A DNA stretch of 64,000 nt from Stylophora pistillata (Eukaryota), in assembly GCF_002571385.2 (NCBI RefSeq), contig NW_019217804.1, positions 526,387 to 590,386 of the forward strand, in the 5' to 3' direction. A program made the position numbers and the translations under genes. The notes beneath the pieces are model-generated. The model did no database searches and was not told the origin of the DNA. It saw nothing but the letters and a program-made list of their open reading frames with translations. Each line of letters begins with the position of its first letter. The first letter of the stretch is position 1. Of the stretch, positions 38,898 to 51,600 are shown piece after piece.

Positions 38898-39051
38898 CGC
38901 TCCGACGAAGGGCTAACGCTCGAAACGTCAGCTTTTATAATCGTAACGGTGGCCAATTTACCATTTCAACTTTGTTGATATATTTAAATTATTTCGTTAC
39001 CCCCACCGACGCAGCCCCAAACAGTTTCTTTAGAAACTATCAGCCTTTATC
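38898..39051 (+). mobile_element. Penelope-like retroelement terminal fragment carrying a minimal hammerhead ribozyme motif
   Basis: CGCT-CCGACGA-AGGGCTAACGCTC-GAAAC-GTC-AGC at 38898-38932. Flanked by the 13-bp direct repeat GATTTCCAATTTT (38885-38897, 39052-39064). Confidence 0.7.
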
Positions 39052-39339
39052 GATTTCCAATTTTATTTAAGCAGCCATCATTAATCCATGGGCAGTGAAG
39101 TTCCGTTCTAACTAAGACGATTACCAAAGGCAGAGTTTCATCTTTCATAATATATAAAAAAAGGGACTGTAATGATGGTAAGGTAGGGGTCCAGCCGATT
39201 ATAATTACTCAAATTGACTTAAGTTGCTTACACGCTTTTGGCTTATATCAATCTCCAAGTCCTCCAGTTAGGGTCCAGGATCTCTATGAAAGGTCTGCCG
39301 TGGCAATCCCTTTGCATTCAATATCGCAGGTTTTTCAAA

Positions 39340-40165
39340 ATCATTTGTAGCGCATACATGTCTATTACCGAACAGACGTACGGCAACAACAATCTATTTG
39401 TCAAGTAAAGTTCTCGGTCGTTCATTTGTAGAGCACAAATGTCTATTGCTAAACAGACGTACGGCAACATCAATTTATTTTCCAAGAAAAGTTCTCTGCA
39501 GTTCATTGGTGGAACATGACTGTCTATTACTGAACAGACGTACGTCAACATCAAATTATTTGTCAAGAAAAGTTCTGTGCAGTTCATTTGTAGAGTACTG
39601 TCCATTGCTGAACAGACGTGCGTCAACATCAATCTATTTGTCAAGTAAAGTTCTGTGCAGTTCATTTATAGAGCACAAACGTCTATAGCCGAACAGAGGT
39701 ACGGCGACACAAATCTATTTGTCAAGTAAAGTTCTCTGCAGTTTATTTATAGAGCACAAATGTCTATGGCCGAACAGAGGTACGGCGACACAAATCTATT
39801 TGTCAAGTAAAGTTCTCTGCAGTTCATTTATAGAGCACAAATGTCTATAGCCGAACAGAGGTACGGCGACACAAATCTATTTGTCAACTAAAGTTCTCTG
39901 CAGTTTATTTATAGAGCACAAATGTCTATAGCCGAACAGACGTACGGCAATATCAATTAATTTGTGAAGAAAAGTTCTCGGCCGTTCATTTGTAGAGCAA
40001 AAGTGTCTATTGCTGAACAGACGTACCGCAATATCAATCTATTTGTCAAGTAAAGTTCTTTGCAGTTCATTTGTAGAGCATAACTGTCTATTACTGAACA
40101 GACGTACTGCAACATCAATCTATTTGTCAAGTAAAGTTCTCTGCAATTCATTTGTAGAGCATAAA
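39340..40165. repeat. Minisatellite, 81-bp unit, about 10 copies
   Basis: Unit of the form CTATTGCTGAACAGACGTACGGCAACATCAATCTATTTGTCAAGTAAAGTTCTCTGCAGTTCATTTGTAGAGCACAAATGT; starts at 39362, 39443, 39524, 39602 and 39683, continuing to about 40165. Confidence 0.9.
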
Positions 40166-40632
40166 TGGACGGAATCAGAAAGTCTGGAGCTCGATACATT
40201 CTAGGAATCAGGTTTTTCTCTTTTCTCCCATGTTCGTTACGAGAGGAATAATGACGTCTATCTATTACAACCACAAGTGATCATTGTGTTTTGGGTGACA
40301 ACTTTGTCGTTCCTTAATAGATATTTCGAGATGTTTACGTCTGAACCCCGACTTCCTACACATGAAGAAGACCCAGTGATATTTGTATTAACCAATCTCA
40401 AGATCATCCCTTCTATCACATATCCCTGGTATACTACTAATTAGTGAAGAAAAACTAACTTTATTTTTTCTTTTCCTGATAGTTTATTGTTAATTTAACA
40501 ACAACGCGTTCACGATTGTATCCAGCATTACCTTGTTACAGTATTATCTGTTACAGATATACATATCCACTGATCCTCCTCAGTAACAAAATGATAATCT
40601 CAATATGGACTTACTAATCCTATAAGTACTAT

Positions 40633-40828
40633 TGAATAAAGGCTGATAGTTTTTAAAGAAACTGTTTGGGGCTGCGTCGGTGGAGGTAACGAAATAATTT
40701 GAGTATATCAACAAAGTTGAAATGGTAAATTGGCCACCGTTACGATTATAAAAGCTGACGTTTCGAGCGTTAGCCCTTCGTCGTAACGGTGGCCAATTTA
40801 CCATTTCAACTTTGTTGATATATTCAAA
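40633..40828 (-). mobile_element. Second copy of the Penelope-like/hammerhead element, with inverted partial duplication
   Basis: Reverse complement of the 38898 element, plus an inverted arm (40698-40745 vs 40781-40828). 13-bp TSD CTATAAGTACTAT at 40620-40632 and 40829-40841. Confidence 0.75.
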
Positions 40829-41093
40829 CTATAAGTACTATAATGAGTGCACTTTAACACTCACGCAACACGCAGGTGTCTCTTAACGTAAGTCTGATTT
40901 AAGATTAAGAAAAATGCTAAATCCTAAGAAGAGAGTTTTCTAATGAAGATTTTAAACTAAGTATATGCATGAACTATAATGAAGACACTACTTCTACCGA
41001 AAGTTTCTATTACTATATTACTTAGATTCTTAAACGATTCTTAAAATTTTCTGTTATTAAAGTTTGCAATATCTGTAATAATTTAGTACTCTA

Positions 41094-43163
41094 CTATGGA
41101 AGGACAAGTTGGTTTCTGGTTGCATTAGCTCGCCACAAGCACTGATTCAAAACCTCTTGGATAACATCTTTCAAGGTGTAGAGGATGACATAGTTACGAT
41201 ACCTCTTCACCATGTCGTCAGTAATTGTTCCGGTCTGAAAAATAAAAGTTAAATACTTAATTATCTATCACAGAGATATATCTTGAACCTGGAACCACAT
41301 TAGTGGACATATACATATTGATAGTCGTTAGACTTTATCATACTTAAGTACAACGGGTTGATTATCCATTAATTATCTGTTACAGAGATATTTCTTGAAC
41401 CTGGAACCACATTAGTGGACATATACATATTGATAGTCGTTAGAATTTATCATACTTAAGTACAACGGGTTGAGGTATGAAAGCGTATCATTATTATTAG
41501 CTGTAGTCTTTACAAATTGAACAAAAAGAATGTGGATGACGATACGGTACTGCTCTTTTCTTTTGCTTGGTGCTCATACTAGGGCTCGTATTAACTATGA
41601 TCTCGAAGCAGTGGAGTTTTCTATTCACCTTTTCAATGAGCCCATTCCACCTTCCCCCATTGGGATGGTAAAATTCTTAATTTCTCTTCTCATTAGGCTC
41701 ATATTTGCGTTCTATAGTATGTCTTTACATGGTAAGAACTTTGAAAAATCGTTCCACTGAATGAAAACACGCAACATACCACAAAGTTTGTCAAATAATT
41801 TCGAGATTTCTGGTCCAGGTTTGCCTCAGGAACTGATGTGGGTGTCGATGGTACTGGATATGAATTCTTCCTTAGCTGAAATTTTGGCAACAAAGTGTAT
41901 CATTAGGACATTTGAATCATATGAATTTTTCTCGGAAACGTAAGCAAAACAATGACATTAGCTACTAAGAATTTAATAAGTCTGTCCTGACGTAAAAATA
42001 AATAAGTAAATAAGTAACTAAATAGGTAAGGAATGAACTTTCAGAGGCAGAACAGACACACAATTAGGAATAGAGGGTTCGACAAATTTTACTTCAAGTT
42101 CTTTAGTTCGCCACGAATTCGCCACGAAAAGAAACAAACCTTTATTTCGTCTATTTTTGTTTTTATGTTTGTTTGCTTGTTTTTTTTTTTTTTCAAGTTT
42201 CATAACCCCTATGCTTGTTGATAAAAATATCATTTCGCATTCTCACCACATGGCGCAATCTCATCACCGTGTTGTTCAGGTGCTGGCTGACGTTCAAGAG
42301 CAGATCTTTCAGCATCTTGTTCTGGGGTGTCTGTGCTACTTCATAGGAGTACGCCATGAACACTGGATTCATGAAGCTTTTCATCTTGGCATAAGCAATG
42401 GTAAGGTTGTCTTTTCTTTGCTTTAAAGAGAGAAATGTCCAAAGCAATAAGCTTTTTTTGTAGTTCCATAACCCTTACCTAAGTAAAAGGCTTGTCACCC
42501 ATAGAGCGGACAGGTATCAAAAAGTTACGGATACTCCCTTTGTGTTCTTCAGTATTTTTGTTGTTTCTGTAAAGTTATGCTTAGGCGGTGTTGTTGGGAA
42601 TACTTACCAAAAGAGTTCTGCCTTATTCGGTATGTTGTTGGGAATACTTACCAAAGGAGGTCTGCCTTATCCGCCTTAGGTTTGAGGGTATTTTGCGATT
42701 GGGTTTCGAAGGTAAACAGAATAACATTGTTTTTACAACTTATAACATTTACCACCTCGTTATATACTGTAAATCATACACTGTACAAGGAAGTACCTTG
42801 TTTGAGTCGCAAACTTGCGTGTTGGCATCTCCAAGTCTTTGAGCGGTCTCGCTTAAATCATTGTTTGAGGCTATGAAACTGTAGACGTTAAGCATCTGTA
42901 AAATATAGATTTGAGTATAGATGAACGTTTTCTTGAGTTAGGTAACTAGAATACGAAATAAATTACAGAAATCTCAAAAATTGCGTAACATTAATGCGGG
43001 AAAAACTCATACATTTTACCTCTTTGGTAGCGCTAGCGCGAGAGGGTTCCAAGAAAATTCGCATGATGATTTCCACACTTGAATACCTTGCCGCGAAACC
43101 AGTCGAGCTTAGGACCGTTAATGTAAACATGGCAGCGAACAGGAACCCACACTTGAATGCCAT
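41094..43163 (-). CDS. Divergent paralog G of the secreted helical-cytokine-like family (217 aa)
   Basis: Exons 43163-43020, 42895-42797, 42420-42247, 41875-41780, 41234-41094; GT-AG, phase 0. Protein: MAFKCGFLFAAMFTLTVLSSTGFAARYSSVEIIMRIFLEPSRASATKE/MLNVYSFIASNNDLSETAQRLGDANTQVCDSNK/QRKDNLTIAYAKMKSFMNPVFMAYSYEVAQTPQNKMLKDLLLNVSQHLNNTVMRLRHV/LRKNSYPVPSTPTSVPEANLDQKSRNYLTNFV/TGTITDDMVKRYRNYVILYTLKDVIQEVLNQCLWRANATRNQLVLP*. Confidence 0.85.
41261..41473. repeat. Tandem duplication (about 110 bp x2) in intron 4 of paralog G
   Basis: ACAGAGATAT...CTTGAACCTGGAACCACATTAGTGGAC...GTACAACGGGTTGA present twice. Confidence 0.85.
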
Positions 43164-44086
43164 TTCAATATTGTCTGGACAATAAATAGAAAAAGATAAC
43201 TAAAAAATGATATAGAAATTCGAACCTGTCTGATAATTTATAATAATAATTTATTGACTTATATTGCACAATTATCAATATAAAAGTTTTCAATCACCCA
43301 TTACAATTAAATGTTAAAAAATTCAACTCTACATAGATAGCAAAAACTAAATATAAAAATGTTCACTAAGAAGATGCAGAAATACAAAAATTACATACAA
43401 AGAGTTAAAAAGCTTTTGCAGGTAAAAGGTCTTAATGGCTTTCTTTAACTTGCTCTAAAATTGGATATTTAAGTCACTGGATATTTAAGTCTAAGTCAAG
43501 CCATGAAATAAAGGGATATGTTATTTATCTCATAAGGGGAAGTTTAAAGGCCCACATTTTGAATAGCAACCTTTCGAAATCGAGACGCCATATTAAACCC
43601 TGAAAAAGTTGTTTTGCTATAATTCTTTTTTTAAAGAATAATATGTTCCTCTTTGATTGATTAAGGCGATGTTTTTGTAACTGTCATTTTGGTTTTTCAC
43701 TCCAGAGTAAGTTTCAAGTTAAAGAGAAGGGTTTGTTCAAACGTCCGTACCAATGATCTTGCAATTTATCCCCAAAAATCAGCCTATTTTTTATTGCACT
43801 CTTCCTTTTTATTCTTCTTCAAGGTAAATTATGTAAAATTTGGCCACAAATGGTCTAGCAATGCCCAAGTTTTATTTTCCTTTTCTTTTTAAATTTCTTC
43901 AAGGTAAATTATGTAAAATTGGCCACAAATGATCTTGCCTTAGATCCCTGAATATCAGCCTATGTTTTACTGTCCTCTTCCTTTTAAATTTTTCTTTAAG
44001 GTGAATCATGTTAAAGTTGGCTCAACGCTTCCAATCAGTTTCATCAACAGTTAAAATATACCTACACAAACTGTAGAGGTCTCTTT

Positions 44087-44240
44087 ACTCACCTTACACG
44101 GTCTTACTTCGTAGATGATTTTTTTTCTGTTGAAGTCCAGTTTGTGTTAGATTCTTGAGAGTTTGTGTTTTCGATCGCTGGCGCCCGCCTTTATACAAAT
44201 TGGGCAGGAAGCAGTTTGGTAGGTTCTGCATCATCTTTTC
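44087..44240 (-). promoter_or_regulatory. Putative core promoter and non-coding exon of paralog G
   Basis: Minus-strand TATAAA at 44190-44195 and GTGAGT donor at 44087-44092. Plus-strand AGGAAGC and TGCATCATCTTTT motifs occur in the same order as upstream of copies B-F. An acceptor (TTGTCCAG) lies just before the G start codon. Confidence 0.55.
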
Positions 44241-47200
44241 TATAAAGAACTAGTGGGTGTTTACCTTGAAGCCTCTTCCTCACTCACTCACTACCCTTCT
44301 GGAGAAATTTTCAACTCTTCCTGAACAGGCATTCAACGTTCTCGATATTGACGCCATACCAAAAACGTGAGTCGATAAGGAATAATTTCAAACTTTACGA
44401 AAATGAAGCTTTTATATGAGTCATAAGGCGAAATGTTACCACTCTGTATTGGAAGTAGCGATGGCCGACGCTGAGTGGAACATTGTATACATGATGGTAT
44501 TCAGAACAGATAATTTCATCTGTTCTATTTATGTTACCTGTTACCCTCATCTTTGTATTAATCAAGCCGCTGCAAGACGGCCTTAGACTTGAGGATTTGG
44601 AAGAGATTTGGGATAATGCATGTAATCGTTCTCTTCCGCAGTATAGATACAATTAATTTTAAGCTTCGTGATCATGCATAATCGCAGATTTCCTTTTCTC
44701 GCAGAGGGTCCAATATTATCCTCATAAAAGGAAATAACTTTCAGTTTTCATACGTGGGTAATGTTCCCCTTATATGATCGCTCACGAGAGGACTTCAACT
44801 GACTGAGAAGCTTGCAGTAGTTTAAATGATCATGTCGAAGACTTATCAGTTGATCATGGAAACTTAACTCTATCAAATCTGTTCAGCCCTACGCTTTCTA
44901 CATTTCATTGAACTAGGAGAAAAAAAAATCTAGAAAGATCCTAGAGGCTTATTTCAAGAAATTTGTTTTATGCTGATTTGGAGTTACCAAACTCCAATTT
45001 TCATTTGGCAGTCATTGTTTACAGGACTAGTACATTTATGGGCATGCAGTTGATAATATCTAATCTAAACTGGCAACTCGTCATCGTTTGACCTTAGAGG
45101 TAATTCGTAGAGAGACGAGAGTACTGTTAACTTAACACCTGACTTACTAATAAACGGGACTGAGTGACAGCTTTTGTCTGGTAAACCTTTGAAATCGTAT
45201 AGAAAAGCACTAAAAGGAAAAGAAATACATGGTAAAGCCGCTGATTATCATATAATTTTTATTAATATAAGGAATAAATGGTTCCTTCCTATTTGACGGG
45301 ATCCATTTATTTTTAAACCAAGGGAAGTAAATTGATCGAGATCCTTCACATATAGGCTTTTCTCTTCCCAGTTAACCAGTTTGTATTGTACTGTATTTCG
45401 CTGTCGTATATTGCTCTGAATTTTGGATGTGTGACGCAGAGTATGGTTTAGAGTCACAGCTATCATGACCTATTTGTGAACAGAAAGCTCAAATATGATA
45501 TTGAACAACTCGTTTGAACGAAATGTATGATACTATGTTACGAAATTGTGGAATACTATGGCATTGACATAGACAACTGAGTCAATTTTGCTTTTTAGAC
45601 AGCATTAAACAAAGGAATTTTTATGGAATTGTGGGTGAAAATGTACCGAATTTTAAGGAACAACTGCTGTTACATTTTTTCTCGCCCACGAAGAAGCGTG
45701 TTGGTTAGTTCATTCGGTTTTACTTGTACATTGGATATGTTGTCGATATAGAAATATACGAGATGGAATGATCAAAAATCTACTGAGGTTTTTGTGTCAA
45801 GAAAAACATAAAAGCTAGCTTAAAGAATGATAGTTTAAAGTTGTGATTACGGAAGGCTCCCGGTTTTTTCGCATTATTGCGGTTGTTTATAAAATAATAT
45901 TATGTGTTTAACATAATGAAAATGGTGTACACTAGTGAGATTTAAACCTTTTTGACTTTGTTCGAACTTGAAAATGATTCTGTTCCGTAATTTTCTTAAA
46001 TCCAATTTTAATTAGTGTTGTTTGTTAAACGAATGAAGAATGAAGAAATTGTTTATATACAGTGATGAATATATTACCAATAACAAGTAGAATCACCGTA
46101 CAAAGTCGTTCCATATCATTTGACGAAATGTACGTATATCTGCCATCAAACAGTAGCTGTAAATCATTGATAAATGGAAAGACTTAGCCCAACTTTATTT
46201 GCGAGCAATTCTCTTTTTTGAAGCTAGTTTTGGATCAAAATTCTCAAGGAATTACATGCTTTAATTCCGTTCCGTAAGCATAACTGACAGTGCAGAGCAT
46301 ACATGTAAGTGTTGATAGAAACGGTCGTCGCCGTTGCTGTATGTAAAGTATACATCCGCTATCAAACGGTAGCTGCATACCATAATTAAGGGCGAGGAAT
46401 TGGCCCAACTTTCTTCGCAAGCAATTATCATTCTTTAGACTAGTTTCGGATCAAAATCCTGAGGAAATTTCACGCTTTCATTTCGTCCCGTAAGCGTAAG
46501 CGGTGGAAGAAGCGACTGTCGCCGTTACCATGATATTGATTTAAGTTTGAGTTATCTTCAGTTCTCTCAACTATATCCATACTAAATACCCAGAGCGAGG
46601 CACACTATTGATTGGCTCCAAAATTTATTATAATGCGATTTCTGTTAGGATCCAGTCACACTGTGCCTGTTGGAAGTGGCTGACGCGCTGAACAGTATTT
46701 TAATAAGTGACTGTTATGGATATTTTTAATCAAGATAAGTCTGATCTTGGCAACTAAGCATGTTACTCGGGAAGAAAACGTGAAGACCACAGGCATTTCA
46801 GGAATAGAAATGCTACTCAACGGTACGTTTTATTCAATAGAGCAGAGACAAATATATAATGAGCTCCACGGGAAGGTAACACTTTAGTGTATTTCATCCT
46901 CTCTGTGTTTTGATCATTTTAGCACCTAGACAAGGGAAGCACAGTGAATAATTCTAGTAGCTTAATAGGGTTCCACAAAATATTGCATGACTCATAACCG
47001 TCATCGCCCTTTTTGGCGGCGTGCTTTCGTCAACCAACGAATTTCCCTTTTGCAAGAACTGAGAATGAATTGGTTTTCCCCGTAACTTCAGGCCGTGTAC
47101 AAGCGGGTATAGAATTGTAAGAATTAACCATACAACATTGCGTTTTCTAAGTTTGCAACGAAGAGCACGACTTGAGACACAAACAGCTTCGTCAACAAGA

Positions 47201-48646
47201 AGGTGAGGGTTTTTTTTTTTTTAGCTGGCGGGAGCCCAATTCAGTTGATACAAATGCTAGAGCCCTGAACATAGTGTACACGTATTTCGTTTTCAAATAG
47301 TACATAGGTCGACTTTCGAATCGAGGATGCCCTGTGTAAATCTAAATAATACTACTGTACTGTTAATCTTTGGACACTGTTTCTAGTGGTTATTTGAAAA
47401 TTATTTATGTATTATGAAAAATATATCTGTTCATGTTGTGAAACTGAAGCATGAAACCATAAGGAAGTAGAAGAAGAAACTGGAAATGTGACAATAATAG
47501 TTTTCTGAGATCAGAATGAATGATTAATGCGAAACGAGCTGTTCTTTTTTATTTAAATATTTCATTTTCAGAAAAAAATCGTCTCTTCTTTAATTTTTTT
47601 TTCATAAAATACAGTCTACTCAGAATTTCTTAATAATGACTTTTACTAGATCCATCGATCTGACGACCTTCTTCATTGAGCAATACTACTTAATTTACAA
47701 TGCAATTTCAGCACATGTATGCTCTCGCATCGACGGGTGTACCCTAAAAAATTTGTTAAACTTGTGAGAGATTACTTTTGATCGTTCAGCACATTCCCTC
47801 CAGTTAAACGCCTCGTTCTTACTTTGGCTCCCTATGGAAAAGCCTAAGGTCAAAATTCGATCGCGGTTCTCGTACTGGCTGGAAGCAAATATTAACCACA
47901 AAACGAATACTACCAATTTATCACTTTAGAAGGCAAACGTCACTAGAAATAGTTGATTAATTATAAAAAGTGACTTAGAGAGGACTAGGTAAAACCTCAA
48001 ATTGTTTCGGTATACCGTCTGTCTTCGCGTTTTGGAGGACCTCTTTACTTTCTTACGGACTTCAAGTTCAAAGATGATAATATCAGTGGTACGTTACTGG
48101 CTATAAATCAGAAATCACAAAACACAAATTGATGCCATCGTAGAGGGAAGCCCGAGGGAAGCCCAAGTGAAGGCCACTGCAGCCTCTTACTTAAAAAGGA
48201 AAAGTAAAGGGTAACAGTAAGAGCCAGCCGTTTCATAGAAGATGTTTTTTAATAGGAATCGATCTCATAATATTGATCAAAGCTCACGAGAAGAGCGTCG
48301 CATTATCCGTGTTTCCTTGAGTTCATGTCACGGTGTTAGGCATTATCGGTCACATTAACAGTCCACATGTTTGAAGAGAATAAGCCATCAAACGATAGTT
48401 GCTCGTCACATTTAAAATAAATTAAAACTTAAGACATCATTTACTAGAAATTATTTTCGAGTCTCTTCGTGAGTAGCATGCACATGAAACAATAGTTTAT
48501 CAGCAGATTATCAAAATCCCAAAATCAATGGAGTTTCCATGCCGCATCTCAAGAGGCAAACTAAAAGCGGTAAGCTGTTAGGTCAGGTATACTTGTCATT
48601 GGCATATTCAGGAGCCGATATTCGAAGATAAAGTGCCCGTAAAATT

Positions 48647-51600
48647 CTAGGGGCCATCTCTTGATTTTTTACTTTTTCTTTTAGTCGTGCCATAAGTACA
48701 GGGCGAAACCTGTATCAAGACGTCGTGAAGTGTGTATAAGATTACGAAGTTTCGCAATCGTTTCACAACATCATCTGTTATCGTCAATGTCTGAAAATAA
48801 AACAAACTAAAGTGTAAGCCTATCACTTACAAATTATTCCAAGGACTTAATAGCTCAACCTCGTCTGACTGCATTAAGTGAAAATTTAGCTCTGAGAGCT
48901 TGCGGTTAAAATAAGTAATGTTCCCTATTTGCTACATTTATTCCTTCCCATCAAGTATCTACCTAAAATGAATCGATTTTGTGATGCGATTTCTCTGTTA
49001 AGTCACTCATGGAGGTGATAGGTTAATTATGTGTATGACGCAGAATCTAATGAAAAACATTAAAACCAACACGGCTGAATGTGATAGGTTGGTAGACAAC
49101 TGTTTTTAAGCTCACACGATGAAATGATTTTGAATATCAGCTCTGTGTTATTGGGATCTCTTTTCATTCTATGATATGTAAAGATGGCTTTTGAATATTC
49201 AATTATAAAGGTTTGATTGATTCGATTGGAAGAAACATTTTCTGGGCAACTGCAGTGGAGAGGTTTTCATCTCTACTGTCACTTTGGCCCTTTGATGTAC
49301 TATCCTTGTCCAGAGGACAGGAAACCCTGAAATGTTGTGCGAAATATTCCTCAGTAATACTTCACTTACCACAAGGTTCCTTCTGACCAAGGTTTTCAGG
49401 TAAGTTCCTGTAATGTTATTGAACTGAGCTTCAGATATTACAGGATATTCTGGTGGCCAGATTCCTTCTTGTCTCATCTACAGAACAAAGAGAGTAAAGC
49501 ACGAATATACTAAAAATAAAATGAATAAATGAAGGAAGAGTCAATCAACCTAAAACATCTTGTGATATAAACAATAAAACGGACAATATGACACGAAGAG
49601 AACTGTAGGGGCCATTCTCAATGATCTTCAACAAGCAACAGCGATGGAACACTTTGTATTTCTATGAATCACATTTTCTCATAAGGCATGGTACTGCACC
49701 AAACAGTATAAACTGGCATTAAAGATAGTACTTTGTCCATTGTTTTGCAATTCCAGAATAAGTTAATTGGTTTGTTGTGGTAAAACATTCGTTTTAATTT
49801 GCTGGTAAAAGTAGAAGAATTTTCTAATAATTTTCCTTCTCGTTTAAGGGGATCTAATAATTAAGGGATACACATAAGACGGAAACAACTGTTATGATGC
49901 TAATTCAAAATATTCACTTTATCCTTTTAGTTGCTTCTGAATGGATCCCACATGAATGGTTTTTAGCACACCTTATGTCAGCAATAACTAAATGATATTT
50001 TACTGTTATACAGCGGATTTTTCTCGTAAGCATTACCTGATATCTGATAAAAGATACTGTGGCATTAACCATAACACTCATCGTCCTCAGAACTGATGCC
50101 AAGCTAGTATGATTACGTCCCTGAGAAGTTACGTACAGGACAACGAAGTTCAAAGGGCGCTTGAAAACAGCTAACTGTGAGTGCAGTACACTAAGCTTCT
50201 TTCCAACTTCCTATAAAGTATAATGACTACAATTTTCTCGTCAACCATTCAAACTATTTTCATAAACGTATTCTTAAAAAAAGCCCTGCTTTTGCTATTA
50301 AATGTAAGAAGTAAAAAACACAAAGATTTTAAACCTAAATACTGATCAGTATATTTCACTTAACAAATTGTAATCGCAAACGTTCTCTCAACTTATCTCT
50401 TTTTCTGAAGGCTTTAAAACGTAATTTTGCCTTGCAACTGTGACAAAATGGAATGAGCGTGACAGAAGAAACATGTGACTAGATCACTATTTTGATACTT
50501 GGGAAGAAATAACAAAATGATGTTCATGTTTTGATCTGTCCATTTTGATGTAGCAGTATTGTCTATGTCCATCAAAGCAACAGCATAATGCTGTGGCTCC
50601 AGCCGAAGATATCAGAATATCATCATCTGTAGAGAATGATTATAAATGATACATTTTAAATACTATGTATACCTCAATCAAACTTCACATTAACCAGCAA
50701 TTTTAATTTTCTTATCTTTCTAATATGACACATACTAAAGTCTGACCTCTTCTTTGGGTATCATGTGACATCTTAAAAAGATGCCTGAAATACTTATATA
50801 TTAGTTTGGCCATAGTTATACCAGTATTTTTCATAAGTCATTAGATGGCTATTAAAAGTTTTTCTCTGCATTATACGCATGACAGATAAGTGAGAGACCT
50901 GTTTATGTTTTGAGGTAGAAACCTCACTTAACCTCAAGTTCATAAATGTGCTCGCAAATGAGTTATTTTCAGTACTAGTAAATCAAGAACATTTTCTTTG
51001 ATCCTTTTTTGAAGTGGTCTTATCTTTTGTAGGTCAACCTCGCGGTCCTGCATTTTTTTTTATGAGCTGGAGAATTTCGTTCAAAAGGCTCGTATCGTGA
51101 ATTTTCTCAATAGATTTCCCTTTTCTGAGGAGGTAATATTCACAAAGGAAACTTATCACTGTTTTTCCTCATTTAGAAAATGTAACATCTCTTGCCACAC
51201 AGTAACACAGCATTTCCACCACATGTATTTAAAACTGTAAAAATCATTTTGGTAGGATTTTTATTTTGGCCTAGAGCAACTTTGTACCTTCTCTTTAGTG
51301 CAGTCTTTCCCAAGATTGAGACCGAGAGTAATAGGAGGCTCGTAAAAATAGTCCGAAGAAGTAATGAAAGGGTACAGCAACTTCATCTGTAAGAAAACAC
51401 ATGAACATTTTCAGTTAGCAGATTGCCTAATGTAGTTTTTTACGACTGTTTTTTTTTTTTTACTGTAACGAATTGAGAATGTTTTATGACTCACAAAGCC
51501 TTCAGATTATTACCAAAAGAAATGATTGTTCTGAACGATTTGAAAAAACCAAACTTAGCACAGACCTTGAATGATTGAAGCTTTAACCCATTAAAGTTTA

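Noticed and set aside
38843-39070. ORF containing LRRRANARNVSF (also 40580-40804)
   Set aside because: Translation of the hammerhead-containing repeat, not a protein-coding gene.
39340-40165. CRISPR-like array
   Set aside because: Units are contiguous degenerate tandem repeats with no unique spacers, in a eukaryotic context with no cas genes.
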